A stretch of 20,000 nucleotides of DNA from Chiloscyllium plagiosum. Taxonomy: Eukaryota. Position numbers and translations under genes: made by a program. Where the stretch lies: the NCBI RefSeq assembly GCF_004010195.1, contig NC_057751.1:11275649-11295648 (forward strand), read 5' to 3'. Below the pieces are notes generated by a model that saw nothing but the letters and a program-made list of their open reading frames with translations, had not been told where the DNA came from and did not search any database. Shown here piece by piece: positions 1 through 11,224 of the stretch (position 1 is the first letter of the stretch; every line of letters starts with the position of its first letter).

Positions 1-1393
1 CTTGCCCCAAGGTCCTTTCTATCCCCCTTCAGGTCACGATCCCAATCCCATTGCAAAGGCGCACACACTCAGGTACCACTGGCTGCTTGGTAAACCTTTC
101 TTCACACTGCACGGTTGTACACATGAGACCCAGCTTGCTGAGTTCTCTCTGCTAGGACCTGCCTTCGCTGACCATGGCGGCTGGCCCTGCAGCTAAATAT
201 GATAATCAGAAACCTCCAGCGGCTGCTTTCTACACTGGCCTCAAATGATGCAGAGAGCAGATTCATTTCATTGGCTCTGGTGGAATGGTCCCCCATGTGT
301 CACAGCGCACTACTCCATTCCAATCCTGACTCCAAAGACCTTGTTCACCATGACGGAGCGAATACACCGGACCCCGACCTCTGGGAACACAGGGGCTAAC
401 TTGTCAGCAAGCATGGGATAATATTGCCAGGAGTTCAACACCCCTCCAGCCCAGCCCCACTGACTTCAGCCAGAGGTCAATGCTCAATGCCAAAACATGG
501 GTTTTTGCAGAGTCGGGGGGCAGGGAGGTCTGGGGGTGAACTGAAGCTGTTCAGTCCATCAAGATCATGCTGGTTTGTTGACAGAGCTATCCAATTCCCT
601 GCCCACAGCACCCTTCAGCTTCTTCTACTGCTCAAAGAGTCATCTACCTCTCTTCTGACACTAGACTCTGTTCCTGCCAACTCTGAGGTTGGACTAGCTC
701 ATTGTGTCAAAATGCCTGAGCCCACCAATGAGTTGTTAACAAACTGTGTTCCATTCCGTCCGAACTAAGCCATGGATGGCACCGTCTCTCTGATGTAGAG
801 TTTACAATGAGGCAAGTGCAAGTATTCCCACTGTAGCTGTCTCCCAGTGTCTCCCCCCCACCTTCCTCAGCAGCATTATCATTGCTGCTAATCCTCCCAC
901 GCTTGAGGAAGAGCGAGTTTCACAAGCACTGTGTGGGGCCCTGTATTCCCACAGCTGTCAGACCTCTGCTTATCCTGGCAGCCCTACAAAGTGCTGGGGA
1001 AAGTGGCGCTCTGATCTGACAACATCAATACATTCATGTGTGTTACATAGAATGATCCTGAGGGCAGGGAGGAGGCTAAAAACAGATATTAACGCACCGC
1101 AGTCTGGGGGCGAACATGCCATTTTAAGCACGGCATCTGCAATTGCCTACAAATTCCACTCGGCTAGACAGCAGCGTGCTCCTGAAGACTCGCAAGCAGC
1201 TCATTACACACTTCAAAGGCAAAGATTTCACAAAGAATGTTCAACCATTTATAGCTAACGTGTGCAGGCTGGCAGGTAAGAGACACAGGCTTGCCATGTT
1301 CAGCACTACTCACCCCGACAATGAAAGAGTTCACGCAAATACACGTGACATTCAGTGGCAACAGCAAACCAGAAACTGTGACCAATAGGCTGG

Positions 1394-1667
1394 GGGTGGC
1401 ACCATGGCTCAGTGGTTGGCACTGCTGCCTCACAGCACCAGGGACCCAGGGTCAATTCCAGCCTTGAGCGACTGTCTGTGTGGAGTTTGCACATTCTCCC
1501 CGAGTCTGTCTGGGTTTCCTCCAGGTGCTCTGGTTTCCTCCCACAGTCCAGGTCAGGTCAGGCGGATTGGCCCATGGGAAATGCAGGGTTATGGGGTGGG
1601 TCCAGGTGGGATGCTCTTCGGAGGGTCCATGTGGATTAGGTCTGCTTCCACACTGTCGGGAGTCTCT
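1394..1667 (+). mobile_element. HE1-type tRNA-derived V-SINE, diverged copy
   Basis: Pol III A-box-like TGGCTCAGTGG and B-box-like GGGTCAATTCC. Central V-domain-like CTCTGGTTTCCTCCCACAGTCCA. 3' end resembles CTGTTTCCACACTGT. Aligns by eye with the copies at 10512 and 12484. Confidence 0.85.
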
Positions 1668-1751
1668 GGCTCTAACTGACATGACTTGGCTAACAAAAGG
1701 CTACATGGATTGGACCAGATTTGGACAGAGTCAAGATTCAACAAAGCTTGT

Positions 1752-2028
1752 GAGAAATTAAAAACAAATAAAAGAAATGGAATCATCTCTGGAGCTTAGG
1801 TTTGAGGTTGAACCCGTTCACAGCTCCTTGAAAGTGGAGTCACAGGTGGATAGGATAGTGAAGAAGGCATTTGGTATGCTTTCCTTTAGAGAAATTAAAA
1901 ACAAATAAAAGAAATGGAATCATCTCTGGAGCTTAGGTTTGAGGTTGAACCCCCGTTCATAGCTCCTTGAAAGTGGAGTCACAGGTGGATAGGATAGTGA
2001 AGAAGGCATTTGGTATGCTTTCCTTTAG
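1752..2028 (+). repeat. Direct tandem duplication, about 138 bp (1752-1889) and 140 bp (1889-2028)
   Basis: GAGAAATTAAAAACAAATAAAAG...GGTATGCTTTCCTTTAG occurs twice head-to-tail. The copies differ only by a CC indel and one C/T. Confidence 0.95.
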
Positions 2029-2645
2029 TGGTCAGAGTATTGAGTACAGGAGTTGGGAGGTCATGCTGTTGCTGTACAGGACATGGATTAGGCCACTTTT
2101 GGAATATTGTGTGCAATTCTGGTCTCCTTCCTTTTGGAATGATGTTGTGAAACGTGAAAGGGTTCAGAAAAGATTCACAAGGATGTTGCCAGGGTTGGAG
2201 GATCTGAGCTACAGGGAGAGGCTGAACAGGCTGGGGCTGTTTTCCCTGGAGCGTCAGAGGCTGAGGGGTGACCTTATAGAGGTTTGTAAAATCATGAGGG
2301 GCATGGATAGGATAAATAGACAAAGTCTTTTCCCTGGGTAGGGGGAGTCCAGAACTGGAGGGCAGAGGTTTAGGGTGAGAGAGGAAAGATAGAAAAGGGA
2401 CCTAAGGGGGAACTTTTTCACACAGAGGGTGGTATGTGTATGGAATGAGCTGCCAGATGCAGTGGTGGAGGCTGGTACCATTGAAACATTTAAGAGGCAT
2501 CTGGATGGGTATGTGAATAGGAAGGGTTTGGAGGGATATGGGCCGGGTGCTGGCAGGTGGGACTAGATTGGGTTGGGATATCTGGTCGGCATGGACGGGT
2601 TGGACCGAAGGGTCTGTTTCTGTGCTGTACATCTCTGTGACTCTC
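1955..2645 (+). mobile_element. 5'-truncated CR1-clade LINE (HER1-like), ORF2 C-terminus plus 3' UTR
   Basis: Translation gives LYRTWIRPLLEYCVQFWSP...RVQKRFTRMLPGLEDLSYRERLNRLGLFSLE..RLRGDLIEV, typical of the CR1 ORF2 C-terminus, with in-frame stops downstream. Ends in GGACCGAAGGGTCTGTTT...CTCTGTGACTCT. Confidence 0.93.
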
Positions 2646-2759
2646 TTTGTTGTGAAATCGGTTTTGTGATGGAAAACAGGCATCAGAGGCTGCTCCTTGT
2701 GAATGAAGTGCTCGACCAGCTTGTGGCTGCACCTCAGCACTCTCACACTGCCTGATGTC

Positions 2760-3075
2760 AGTGCGCTGACAACTCCAATCCTAAACATCCAGGGCAGTCC
2801 AGGCGAACACTTCAATGCTGTCTTTAAGAAGAGACCATGTAAACAAGCACTCCCCCCCACCCCCACCTGCCCTCTGCTGTAAAACATGCCACTTGGTAAA
2901 CCTAGCAAAAGTTCATTCCTCAACCACAAAGAAAGAAACAACTTTGAAGAGAGACTCTGCAGCTGGCAATGCTAACAGTGTGGTGCATTTCCTGTGTGGA
3001 AATTCCAACAGCAACTATGTTTCACCAGGTCCTTCAAGAGCTGTCAAGCGCTTTGGAATGAGCTTGGGAACACAG
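2760..3075 (+). mobile_element. Possible highly decayed Deu-domain SINE remnant (SacSINE1/AmnSINE-like)
   Basis: Patchy resemblance to a recalled consensus: GCTGACAACTCCA, TCCTCAACCA, CAACAGCAACTA...GCTGTCAAGCGCTTTGG. Not verifiable without an alignment. Confidence 0.3.
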
Positions 3076-3269
3076 TAAACACCAGCCTTACATTTCTTCC
3101 ACATCAGGCACCCAGTGTCAGGATGAAGCCTTTGCTGGTCAGGTTAGGTGAAGATTAGAGTACCTTCTCCTCTGCCTGACCTCCTCCACCAAGTACCGAT
3201 CTGAGTTTGAACTTCCCAATTCCCTGACCACAGACCCTTTCGCCTCTCGAGATTACTCTATCACCCAGA

Positions 3270-3447
3270 ACCATCATGGCTGATCTCTGACCTCAATTCC
3301 CCTGTGCCACTCATTCCTATGTCCTTTCATTCCCTGGGATTCCAGAATTCTTGGTGATCCCCACCTGACATGTACTCAACACAATCCTCTGGGGTAAAGC
3401 AGAGGACTCCAAAGATTTGCAATCATTTGAAGGAACCAGTGTTCCTC
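3270..3447 (-). mobile_element. Old antisense CR1 3'-region fragment, left part, interrupted by the younger LINE
   Basis: ATCATGGCTGATCT and CTCTGGGGTA...CTCCAAAGATT match the reverse complement of an older CR1 3' end. The sequence appears to resume at 5784. Confidence 0.5.
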
Positions 3448-4040
3448 GCTGGGACTGCCATAGTGTTAAAGGTTTAGATTGACAGGAATTTCTTAAGTGT
3501 GTACAAGACAATTTTCTGATTCAGTTTGTGAATGTACCTACGAGAGAAGGTGCAAAACTTGACCTACTCTTGGGAAATAAGGCAGGGCAGATGACTGAGG
3601 TGTCAGTGGGGGAGCACTTTGGGGCCAGCTCCCATAATTCTATTCGTTTTAAAATAGTGATGGAAAAGGATAGACCAGATCTAAAAGTTGAAGTTCTAAA
3701 TTGGAGAAAGGCCAATTTTGACGGTATTAGGTAAGAACTTTCGAAAGCTGATTGGAGGCAGATATTCGCAGGTAAAGGGACGGCTGGAAAATGGGAAGCC
3801 TTCAGAAATGAGACAACAAGAATCCAGAGAAAGTATATGCCTGTCAGGGTGAAAGGGAAGGCTGGTAGGTATAGGGAATGCTGGATGACTAAAGAAATTG
3901 AGGGTTTGGTCAAGAAAAAGAAGGAAGCATATGTCAGGTAGAGACAGGATAGATCGAGTGAATCCTTAGAAGAGTATAAAGAAAGTAGGAGTATACTTAA
4001 GAGGGAAATCAGGAGGGCAAAACGGGGACATGAGATAGCT

Positions 4041-4877
4041 TTGGCAAATAGAATTAAGGAGAATCCAAAGGGTTTTTACAAATATATTAAGGACAAAAGG
4101 GTAACTAGGGAGAGTATAGAGCCTCTCAAAGATCAGCAAGGCGGCCTTTGTGTGGAGCCACAGAAAATGAGGAAGATACTAAATGAATATTTTGCATCAG
4201 TATTTACTGTGGAAAAGGACATGGAAGATATAGACTGTAGGGAAATAGATGGTGACATCTTTCAAAATGTCCAACTTACAGATGAGGAAGTGCTGGATGT
4301 CTTGAAAGGGTTAAAGGTGGATAAATCCCCAGGACCTGATCAGGTGTACCCAAGAACTCTGTGGGAAGCTAGAGAAGTGATTGCTGGGCCTCTTGCTGAG
4401 ATATTTGTATATTCGATAGTCACAGGTGAGGTACTGGAAGACTGGAAGTTGGCTAGCGTGGTGCCACTGTTTAAGAAGGACGGTAAAGACAAGCCAGGGA
4501 ACTATAGACGAGTGAGTCTGTCCTCGGTGGTGGGCAAGTTGTTGGAGGGAATCCTGAGGGAAATGATGTACATGTATTTGGAAAGGCAAGGACTGATTAG
4601 GGATAGTCAACATGGCTTTGTGTGTGGGATATCATGTCTCACAAACTTGATTGAGTTTTTTGAAGAAGTAACAAAGAACATTGATGAGGGCAGAGCAGTA
4701 GATGTGATCTATATGGACTTCAGTAAGGCATTCAACAAGGTTCCCCATGGGAGACTGATTAGCAAGGTTAGATCTCATGGAATACAGGGAGAACTAGCCA
4801 TTTGGATACAGAACTGGCTCAAAGGTAGGAGACAGAGGGTGGTGGTGAGGGTTGTTTCTCAGACTGGAGGCCTGTGA
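4041..4877 (+). pseudogene. Longest open segment of the LINE ORF2 reverse transcriptase (278 aa); a non-functional fragment
   Basis: The ORF-track translation carries the N-terminal RT motifs but shifts frame before the PQGS and FADD motifs. Confidence 0.9.
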
Positions 4878-5088
4878 CCAGTGGAGTGCCACAAGGATCG
4901 GTGCTGGGTCCTCTATGTTTTGTCATTTACATAAATGATTTGGATGCGAGCATAAGAGTACAATTAGTAAGTTTGCAGATGACACCAAAATTGGAGGTGT
5001 AGTGGACAGCGAAGAGGGTTACCTCAGATTACAACAGGGTCTGGACCAGATGCGCCAATGGGCTGAGAAGTGGCAGTTGGAGTTTAAT

Positions 5089-5296
5089 NNNNNNNNNNNN
5101 NNNNNNNNNNNNNNNNNNNNNNNNNNNNNNNNNNNNNNNNNNNNNNNNNNNNNNNNNNNNNNNNNNNNNNNNNNNNNNNNNNNNNNNNNNNNNNNNNNNN
5201 NNNNNNNNNNNNNNNNNNNNNNNNNNNNNNNNNNNNNNNNNNNNNNNNNNNNNNNNNNNNNNNNNNNNNNNNNNNNNNNNNNNNNNNNNNNNNNNN
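5089..5296. other. Assembly gap (208 N) inside the LINE
   Basis: Run of N. Confidence 1.
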
Positions 5297-5783
5297 TTCA
5301 GAAAAGATTTAGAAGGATGTTGCCAGGGTTGGAGGATTTGAGCTACAGGGAGAGGCTGAATAGGCTGGGGCTGTTTTCCCTGGAGCATCAGAGGCTGAGG
5401 GGTGACCTTATAGAGGTTTACAAAATTATGAGGGCATGGATAGGGGAAATAGGCGAAGTCTTTTCCCTGGGATCGGGGAGTCCAGAACTGGAGGGCATAG
5501 GTTTAGGGTGAGAGGGGAGAGATATAAAAGAGACCTAAGGGGCAACCTTTTCACGGAGAGGGTGGTACGTGTATGGAATGAGCTGCCAGAGAATGTGGTG
5601 GAGGCTGGTACAATTGCCACATTTAAGAGGCATTTGGATGGATATATGAATAGGAAGGGTTTGGAGGTATATGGGCAGGGTGCTGGGAGGTGGGACGAGA
5701 TTGGGTTGGGATATCTGGTCGGCATGGATAGGTTGGACCGAAGGGTCTGTTTCCATGCTGTACATCTCTGTGACTATGACTCT

Positions 5784-5945
5784 AAAATGATGAACTCCAT
5801 TACTGTGAAGCTATGTCCCTGTGTTTTCAAGTAGTGAAAGCAGGCTGTCTCTCCTGCTCTTGCCAAAACCCCTTCAGTATTGGTCAGATTTCAATCAGGT
5901 CAGTCCTCATTCTTCCAAACACCACTGAGCATAGGTCCAACATGG
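5784..5945 (-). mobile_element. Old antisense CR1 fragment, right part of the element at 3270-3447
   Basis: CCCCTTCAGTAT...TTTCAATCAGGTCAGTCCTCATTCTTCCAAACACCACTGAGCATAGGTCCAA is the reverse complement of a degenerate LGL.S..FRRMRGDLIE segment of CR1 ORF2. Confidence 0.55.
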
Positions 5946-7794
5946 CACGGCCAGAAACAGGCATTATCCATGCTGGAGTCTGATTGACAGTGACAGGTTA
6001 TTGCAGCAGATTGCAAATAATCTCTGACTCTCGCAAGTGTTGGAGTCTCAGGCTGATCGGAGTTTAGTGTCCTCACTGAGCGATGAAGAGTTAATACTCC
6101 AAAGTGGGATGGCTCTTGGCAATGCTGGTTTGACGACACTGGGTTCCAGTGCAGTCCAGCTTGTTCAGAGGAACTTCACTGCTGGAGACTCCCTACCTTT
6201 CTGAGCGTGTGTGATATCAGGGACACCTTGGCAACCTGGCGCCAGTCCTTCAGCAACAGATATTACTTTGGAAGCAGTTGCGTTGAGGAACATACTGTGG
6301 AAACAGTGGACTGAACTCTCCCTATCAGCAAGGCCTTGACTGGACTCATTCCACAAGTTTAACCCTCACCTTGACACCACATGTGATGCACAATCCTTTT
6401 CAAATGGCAACTGCATTGAAGAGGACAGAAGCATCCTGTGAACGTGACTCAATCCCTTCCCTCCCAGCTCCTCAATGGAGACCAAACCCTTACAGTCAAA
6501 CCTGCAGGAATCTCATACGTCCAGCTTGCAATACCAATGCATGTGTTTGGATTCAAAACGTGCGTCTCGGAATTATAGGGAGGCCATTCACCCCATTCTG
6601 GTTATGCTAGCCCTTTCAAAGCTGTACAATTGGTCCGTGTTCCTTGTTCATTTTTGCCCAGCTGCAGCCTGAGGTTGTGTTTCCCTCTCATGGAAAAACT
6701 CCCAACTGCCTTTTTCTAAGTTTGGTCTGCTTTCATGAACCCATCTTGTTCCCCCAGACATGTGCCACTTCGGAAGGTCATCAGAAATAGGTGAAGGAAT
6801 CAGCTCTTTGATCTCAGTCCGGCCTGTCAACTTCTGACATGGAGCAAGAATCTGTCCCATGAGCCAGCTGCCGCTGCGGTTCTCTCGTCTGGACAACTTC
6901 AACAAAACCCCAACCTCAACAGAAGAGATTCCTCCTCATTTCCATATGAATTGGGTGAGCCCTTCCTTGGAAACCAGCTCTCGGCCTCTTCCCAACTTGC
7001 TGGGCCCCGGGCCCACTGATTAGTTTTGAATTCGTCCTCATCAACACAGAGTTCACATAAAGTTCAAGCCATTAAAGAGGGAAAGGCACACCAATGGATT
7101 TGCACATTTTCACTGGACCTTAATGTCAGGCTCTGGTTTGGATTACAGAGGCGTGAATTAGAAGGGAGACTGAGCAAAGCACTGACAAACAAAGGAAAGC
7201 TGTCGCTGACACTGCACTGTGTTGTTGCTCAGGCCGGCTGCTTTCATGTCAGCGCCAAGGTATCTACCAGAAGTGGAAATCTGAGCCCAGAGGGTTCAAA
7301 CACTTTCTGCAGAAAGCCACAGCGTTACCTGAGTGAACACAGTTGGGAAGAAAACAGGCTGGATCTTCTGGAGTTGAAGGGAAGCAACTAAGTTTTGCTG
7401 CAGATCTCTCACCTGGTGCCAACAGAGAGGGTGGTGTATTCAAATGGGTTGAATTTCCCAGCTGGCGGGAGGGACAAACTGCCTCACTGTGGCAGCAAAA
7501 TGTGGAGGGGCTGAAGCAGAAAACAAATGCTTGCACCCTGCGCAAATCATTACACTTAAGAGTTGTTAACCGAGCTTCAATCATGAAAGAAAAAAAAACA
7601 TTGATAATGCATGGCAAACCATAGCATCGTGTACACTTTTCCAGGTCGCGTGTACAAAAACACTCAAAATAACCACATATTCAGTCACAGCATCCAGTAT
7701 GTGTTTCCATATCTTTACATGTACAGACATACGATCTCAAATTGGTTCACTATCTGTTATTATTCCCGGATCTCATTGGGTTCTGGTCAGCAAG

Positions 7795-8122
7795 TCAGAG
7801 CTGTACAGCACAGAAACAGACCCTTCGGTCTAACCCATCCATCCAACCAGATATCCCAACTCAGTCTCGTCCCATTTGCCAGCACTTGGCCCATATCCCT
7901 CCAAACCCTTCCTATTCATATTCCCATCCAAATGCCTTTTAAATATTGTAATTGAACCAGCCTCCACCACTTCCTCTGGCAGCTCATTCCATACACGTAC
8001 CACCCAAATAGCCCCAGCCTATTCAGCCTCTGCCTGTAGCTCAAACCCTCCAACCCTGGCAACATCCTTGTAAATCCCTTTCAAGTTTCACAACATCCTT
8101 CCGATAGGAAGGGGACCAGAAG
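7795..8122 (-). mobile_element. CR1 3'-end fragment, antisense, with internal deletions
   Basis: Reverse complement of the same 3' UTR and ORF2 end seen at 2100-2640 (CAGAAACAGACCCTTCGGTC...CAGCTCATTCCATACACGTACCACC). It then jumps about 200 bp to CCCCAGCCTATTCAGCCTC...CCCTGGCAACATCCTTGT. Confidence 0.9.
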
Positions 8123-10270
8123 TGAACTTAGCCTTCCAGAAGATGCTTTAGAATATTGACAGAGTTGACAGAAGTAGAAGGAAAGATACTTTCCTTTGGC
8201 TCCATCTTACCACCAGGCTGCATGACAGCACAAGATCATGTGACTGCATCACTTCCTGTGACATACACCATTTAATTGGCATTCCACAGTCAGACCTCAT
8301 CCTTTATCCTACATCATCCTCAAGGTTTGGACTCACAGCTTACGGTCCAGTGTTAAGCACTGCAGCCCTCTGTGTAATTGTTATACATATATTTCCAATT
8401 CTTTCAGAATAAATTAGCAATAACAGAAGGTAAAGTGATAGGCTATCATCTCGGATGTGGGGCATGAGTGAGACAGTCAGGGACCACATGTAGGCTTCAC
8501 CTCAGAAAACTGGGGTCAATGTGCTTCACAAGCCAGTGTCTTCTCGATATTTATCAGATAAAGCGTCTCTCTGGCATAGAAAATCCCAGGGCAAGGCTTA
8601 CCTGCAGGACTAAGTGAGAGAGCATGGCAACAGTTGGTGCAACACCATCCTGAGCAACAATCCACAAAACCAGAGGCTTCCAGTCAGGGTAGGACTGAGG
8701 GAGCATTTCACCTCATGGAAGACACCACGTGGTTTCTCAAAGCGCTGTCTGATAAGGCTGAGCAACCCAAATCTCAAAAACGTTCCCTTCGACAGCATTA
8801 GCCTGCTCCGTCCCCTCCTTCTCCCTCATGCACACTGCAACAAGCTTCCCCTTCTGATAGTGGTGTGCTGACTGATTCTTCTCAAACCCCACAAGCCACA
8901 ACTTCCTTGGGCATGGAGCAAGAAGGGGAGGCCAAATTGCGACGCTGAGAGTGTGACATTGGGGTCAGAGTCACACACCAACCGATAAAGAGGGCAGAAT
9001 GGCGAGCTCAGGCAGTGTCCTGTGATTGACAGTGGGGACAGCAGCATTCTGTGATATCGTGCTAACTCATCCACGAAGTGACTTCAGACCTGCTTTGGCA
9101 TGCTGAGAAATGTGCCCTTCACTTCCTACGTGGAAGCTGTGAACATGAGTAGAAATAAGCTTTAGGCTTTTCTCAATAACCCAGACCAGGCCAGTCACAG
9201 CTGTAAGGGCCACCCATAGCAGCCAAGCAATCCACTCAAGCTGAGAAAACGCAGCGAACAGTAAAGCATGTCTGGCTTGAGAAATGTACCTTCAGGTGGC
9301 ACCTCGCCCAAGTCCTTCATGCCATCTCCTGCAGACCCTGCCATAACATGCAGAGTCATCCGACAATTTTGTTCCACAATCCCCAAGGAAGCATTGTCAC
9401 AAGCGATCAACACCCCTGCTCACTTCGCACAGCTGTCCACAGAGGAGAGAATCCTCAGTATTGACTCAGGACCTCAGCGATGATAACAGCAACATGGAGC
9501 CTTATATTTCTCTTAGAGAGAAGGGGGGGGGTAGAGAAAAAGAGAGCTTGTCTCATGTGTGGTAAAAATAGTTTCCCTGAGGATACAATGCTCACTTTAG
9601 AATAATCTTCATAATCCATTTTGAAATAAAGGTTTCAATACAACTACCCAGTAGTATGCATCTGAAGCCCATCTCGTCAATGGTTTCATGGAATTACGTG
9701 CAAAGCCTACCCAACTTTTGCCAGCTTTGGTTTACTCTGCTCCCCTCAGCCATGCCCTTTTGGACCATCTTATCACTGACTGCCACATTACTGGGTGAAC
9801 ACACAATGCACAGAGACTAATTGGCCTGGAAATTACCACCCAACTGCTTCGTCCATTTCCTGCATTATTCATTCGGTAACTACAGAAGGAGCTTTCAGAT
9901 AAATGAGCACGTGTGCACTGGAAGAGAACAGACCAGGAGTAAGGATCAGTGTGTTCAGGTTCTGCGAAACCCAGTCAGTTTGAGTTGTACAAGAGCTGTG
10001 CAAGCCAGCGTGGTTTCCACCAAAACTGCTGAAATCCTCATCTGTTCGTACAGTCTGAAAGATAGCCAGGCACCAAAGATATTCTGGGGCTGAGTCAAGG
10101 CTTTGTTTCAATGTCAAACTAAAAACAGAGGGGTGACCTGAAGTGAACACAGCCTTCAGCATGGGATTTGACCTACTTTAACACATCACCTCAGACCAGG
10201 AGAGGGAAATCTTCAACACAACCTCAAACTGGCCATCCACCCAATACCAGAGCTTCCCCTGTGACAAACC

Positions 10271-10460
10271 AACAGAGACATTGCTGGAGCAACGCAGCAG
10301 TCTGGCAGCATCTGTGGAGAGAGAAACAGAGACCCGTTCAGAACGGGACTCTAAATGGCCATGTTAACTCTGTTTGACCCAGTCCACAGACTCTGGCAGA
10401 CCTGCTGAGTTTCTCCAACAATTGGCTGTTTTTGTTTGAGATCCCCAGCACCCACAGTCG
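10271..10460. mobile_element. Decayed palindromic short element, Penelope-terminus-derived type
   Basis: Inverted arms TTGCTGGAG..CAGCAGTCTGGCAGCATCTGTGGA..AAACAGAG and CTCTGTTT..TCCACAGA..CAGACCTGCTGAGTTTCTCCAACAA. Related to the elements at 11065, 15582 and 18984. Confidence 0.7.
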
Positions 10461-10511
10461 CTTGTTTGTTAACCACAAACCCAACCCCAGCACCTGACCA
10501 GCTTCACTCTC

Positions 10512-10800
10512 AACATGGTGGCTCAGAGGTTAGCACTGCTGCCTCACAGCGCCAGGGACCCAGGTTCAATTCCAGCCTCGGGCGACTGTCTGAGTGGAGT
10601 TTGCATGTTCTCCATTTGTCTGCGTGAGTTTCCTCTAGGTGCTCCGGTTTCCTCCCACAGTCCAAAGGTGTGCAGGTCAAGTGAATTGGCCATGCTAAAT
10701 TGCCCACAGTGTTCAGGTTAGGTGCATTATTCAGGGTCTGGGTGGGTTACTCTTCAGAGGGTGGGTATGGACTTGTTGGCCGAACTGTAGGGAATCTAAT
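10512..10800 (+). mobile_element. HE1-type V-SINE
   Basis: A box TGGCTCAGAGG, B box GGTTCAATTCC, V domain CTCCGGTTTCCTCCCACAGTCCAAAG, and an AATCTAAT tail. Confidence 0.92.
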
Positions 10801-11064
10801 GCTGAAGGAATACAACTTGGTTTAACACCTCTCTTCAATATCATCACACTGCGGGTAGCTCAACCTAATCAGAGTGGTCAACAGAGTTCAAACACACAGC
10901 ATTCCCTGTCAGTATCCAAGGACACCTTGGGAACATCTCGGAGAAATATTCAGCCCAGGATTATCAGATGTTCTCTGCACTTGACATGTGGACACGTGTG
11001 CATCCAGATTGCAGCAGTAATCCCCCAGGGCTAACAAACCCTGGCCGTCCTCCAGGAACGGCAA

Positions 11065-11224
11065 GGGCTGCAGACACTGCAGAGTCAGACTCAGAAAGTG
11101 TGGCGCTGGAAAAGCACAGCAGGTCAGGCAGGCAGCATCCGAAGGATTCCTGATGAAGAGCTTATGACCGAAACGTCGGCTCTCCTCCTCCTCAGATGCT
11201 TCCTGACGTGTTGTGCTTTTCCAA
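11065..11224. mobile_element. Palindromic Penelope-like short element with a degenerate hammerhead motif
   Basis: Arms TGGAAAAGCACAGCAGGTCAGG..GCAGCATC and GATGCTTCCTGACGTGTTGTGCTTTTCCA flank CTGATGAAGAGCTTATGACCGAAACGTC. Confidence 0.8.
11150..11177 (+). ncRNA. Degenerate minimal type I hammerhead ribozyme motif
   Basis: CUGAUGA-A-GAGC-UUAU-GACC-GAAA-CGUC. The core is intact, but stem II has two mismatches relative to the GGGC/GCCC stem of the 19082 copy. Confidence 0.5.

Larger units (their letters stand above)
3448..5783 (+). mobile_element. 5'-truncated CR1-clade LINE with disrupted ORF2 (end of APE endonuclease, reverse transcriptase, C-terminus, 3' tail)
   Basis: Motifs PTREGAKLDLLLGN, KSPGPDQVYPR, PLFKK..KDKPGNYR.VSL.SVVGKLLE, QHGF...[39 protein letters not shown] (about 4883) and KFADDTK (about 4970). 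Stops near 3480, 3732 and 3939, a frameshift near 4850 and an N-gap at 5089-5296. Tail is TCTCTGTGACTATGACTCT. Confidence 0.96.

Noticed and set aside
152..181. Minus-strand perfect Kozak GCCGCCATGG
   Set aside because: It opens only MVSEGRS*, and there is no evidence of a gene start.
1143..1280. Plus-strand exon ending in CAG|GTAAG near 1275
   Set aside because: No clear acceptor, no recognisable peptide and no supporting neighbouring exons.
4041..4877. Functional or domesticated reverse transcriptase, or a retron-like system
   Set aside because: An ordinary 5'-truncated CR1 copy with stops upstream and a frameshift before the catalytic FADD motif.
9289..9302. CTCF-like motif CCTTCAGGTGGCAC
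   Set aside because: Two mismatches to the core consensus; such matches arise by chance in 20 kb.
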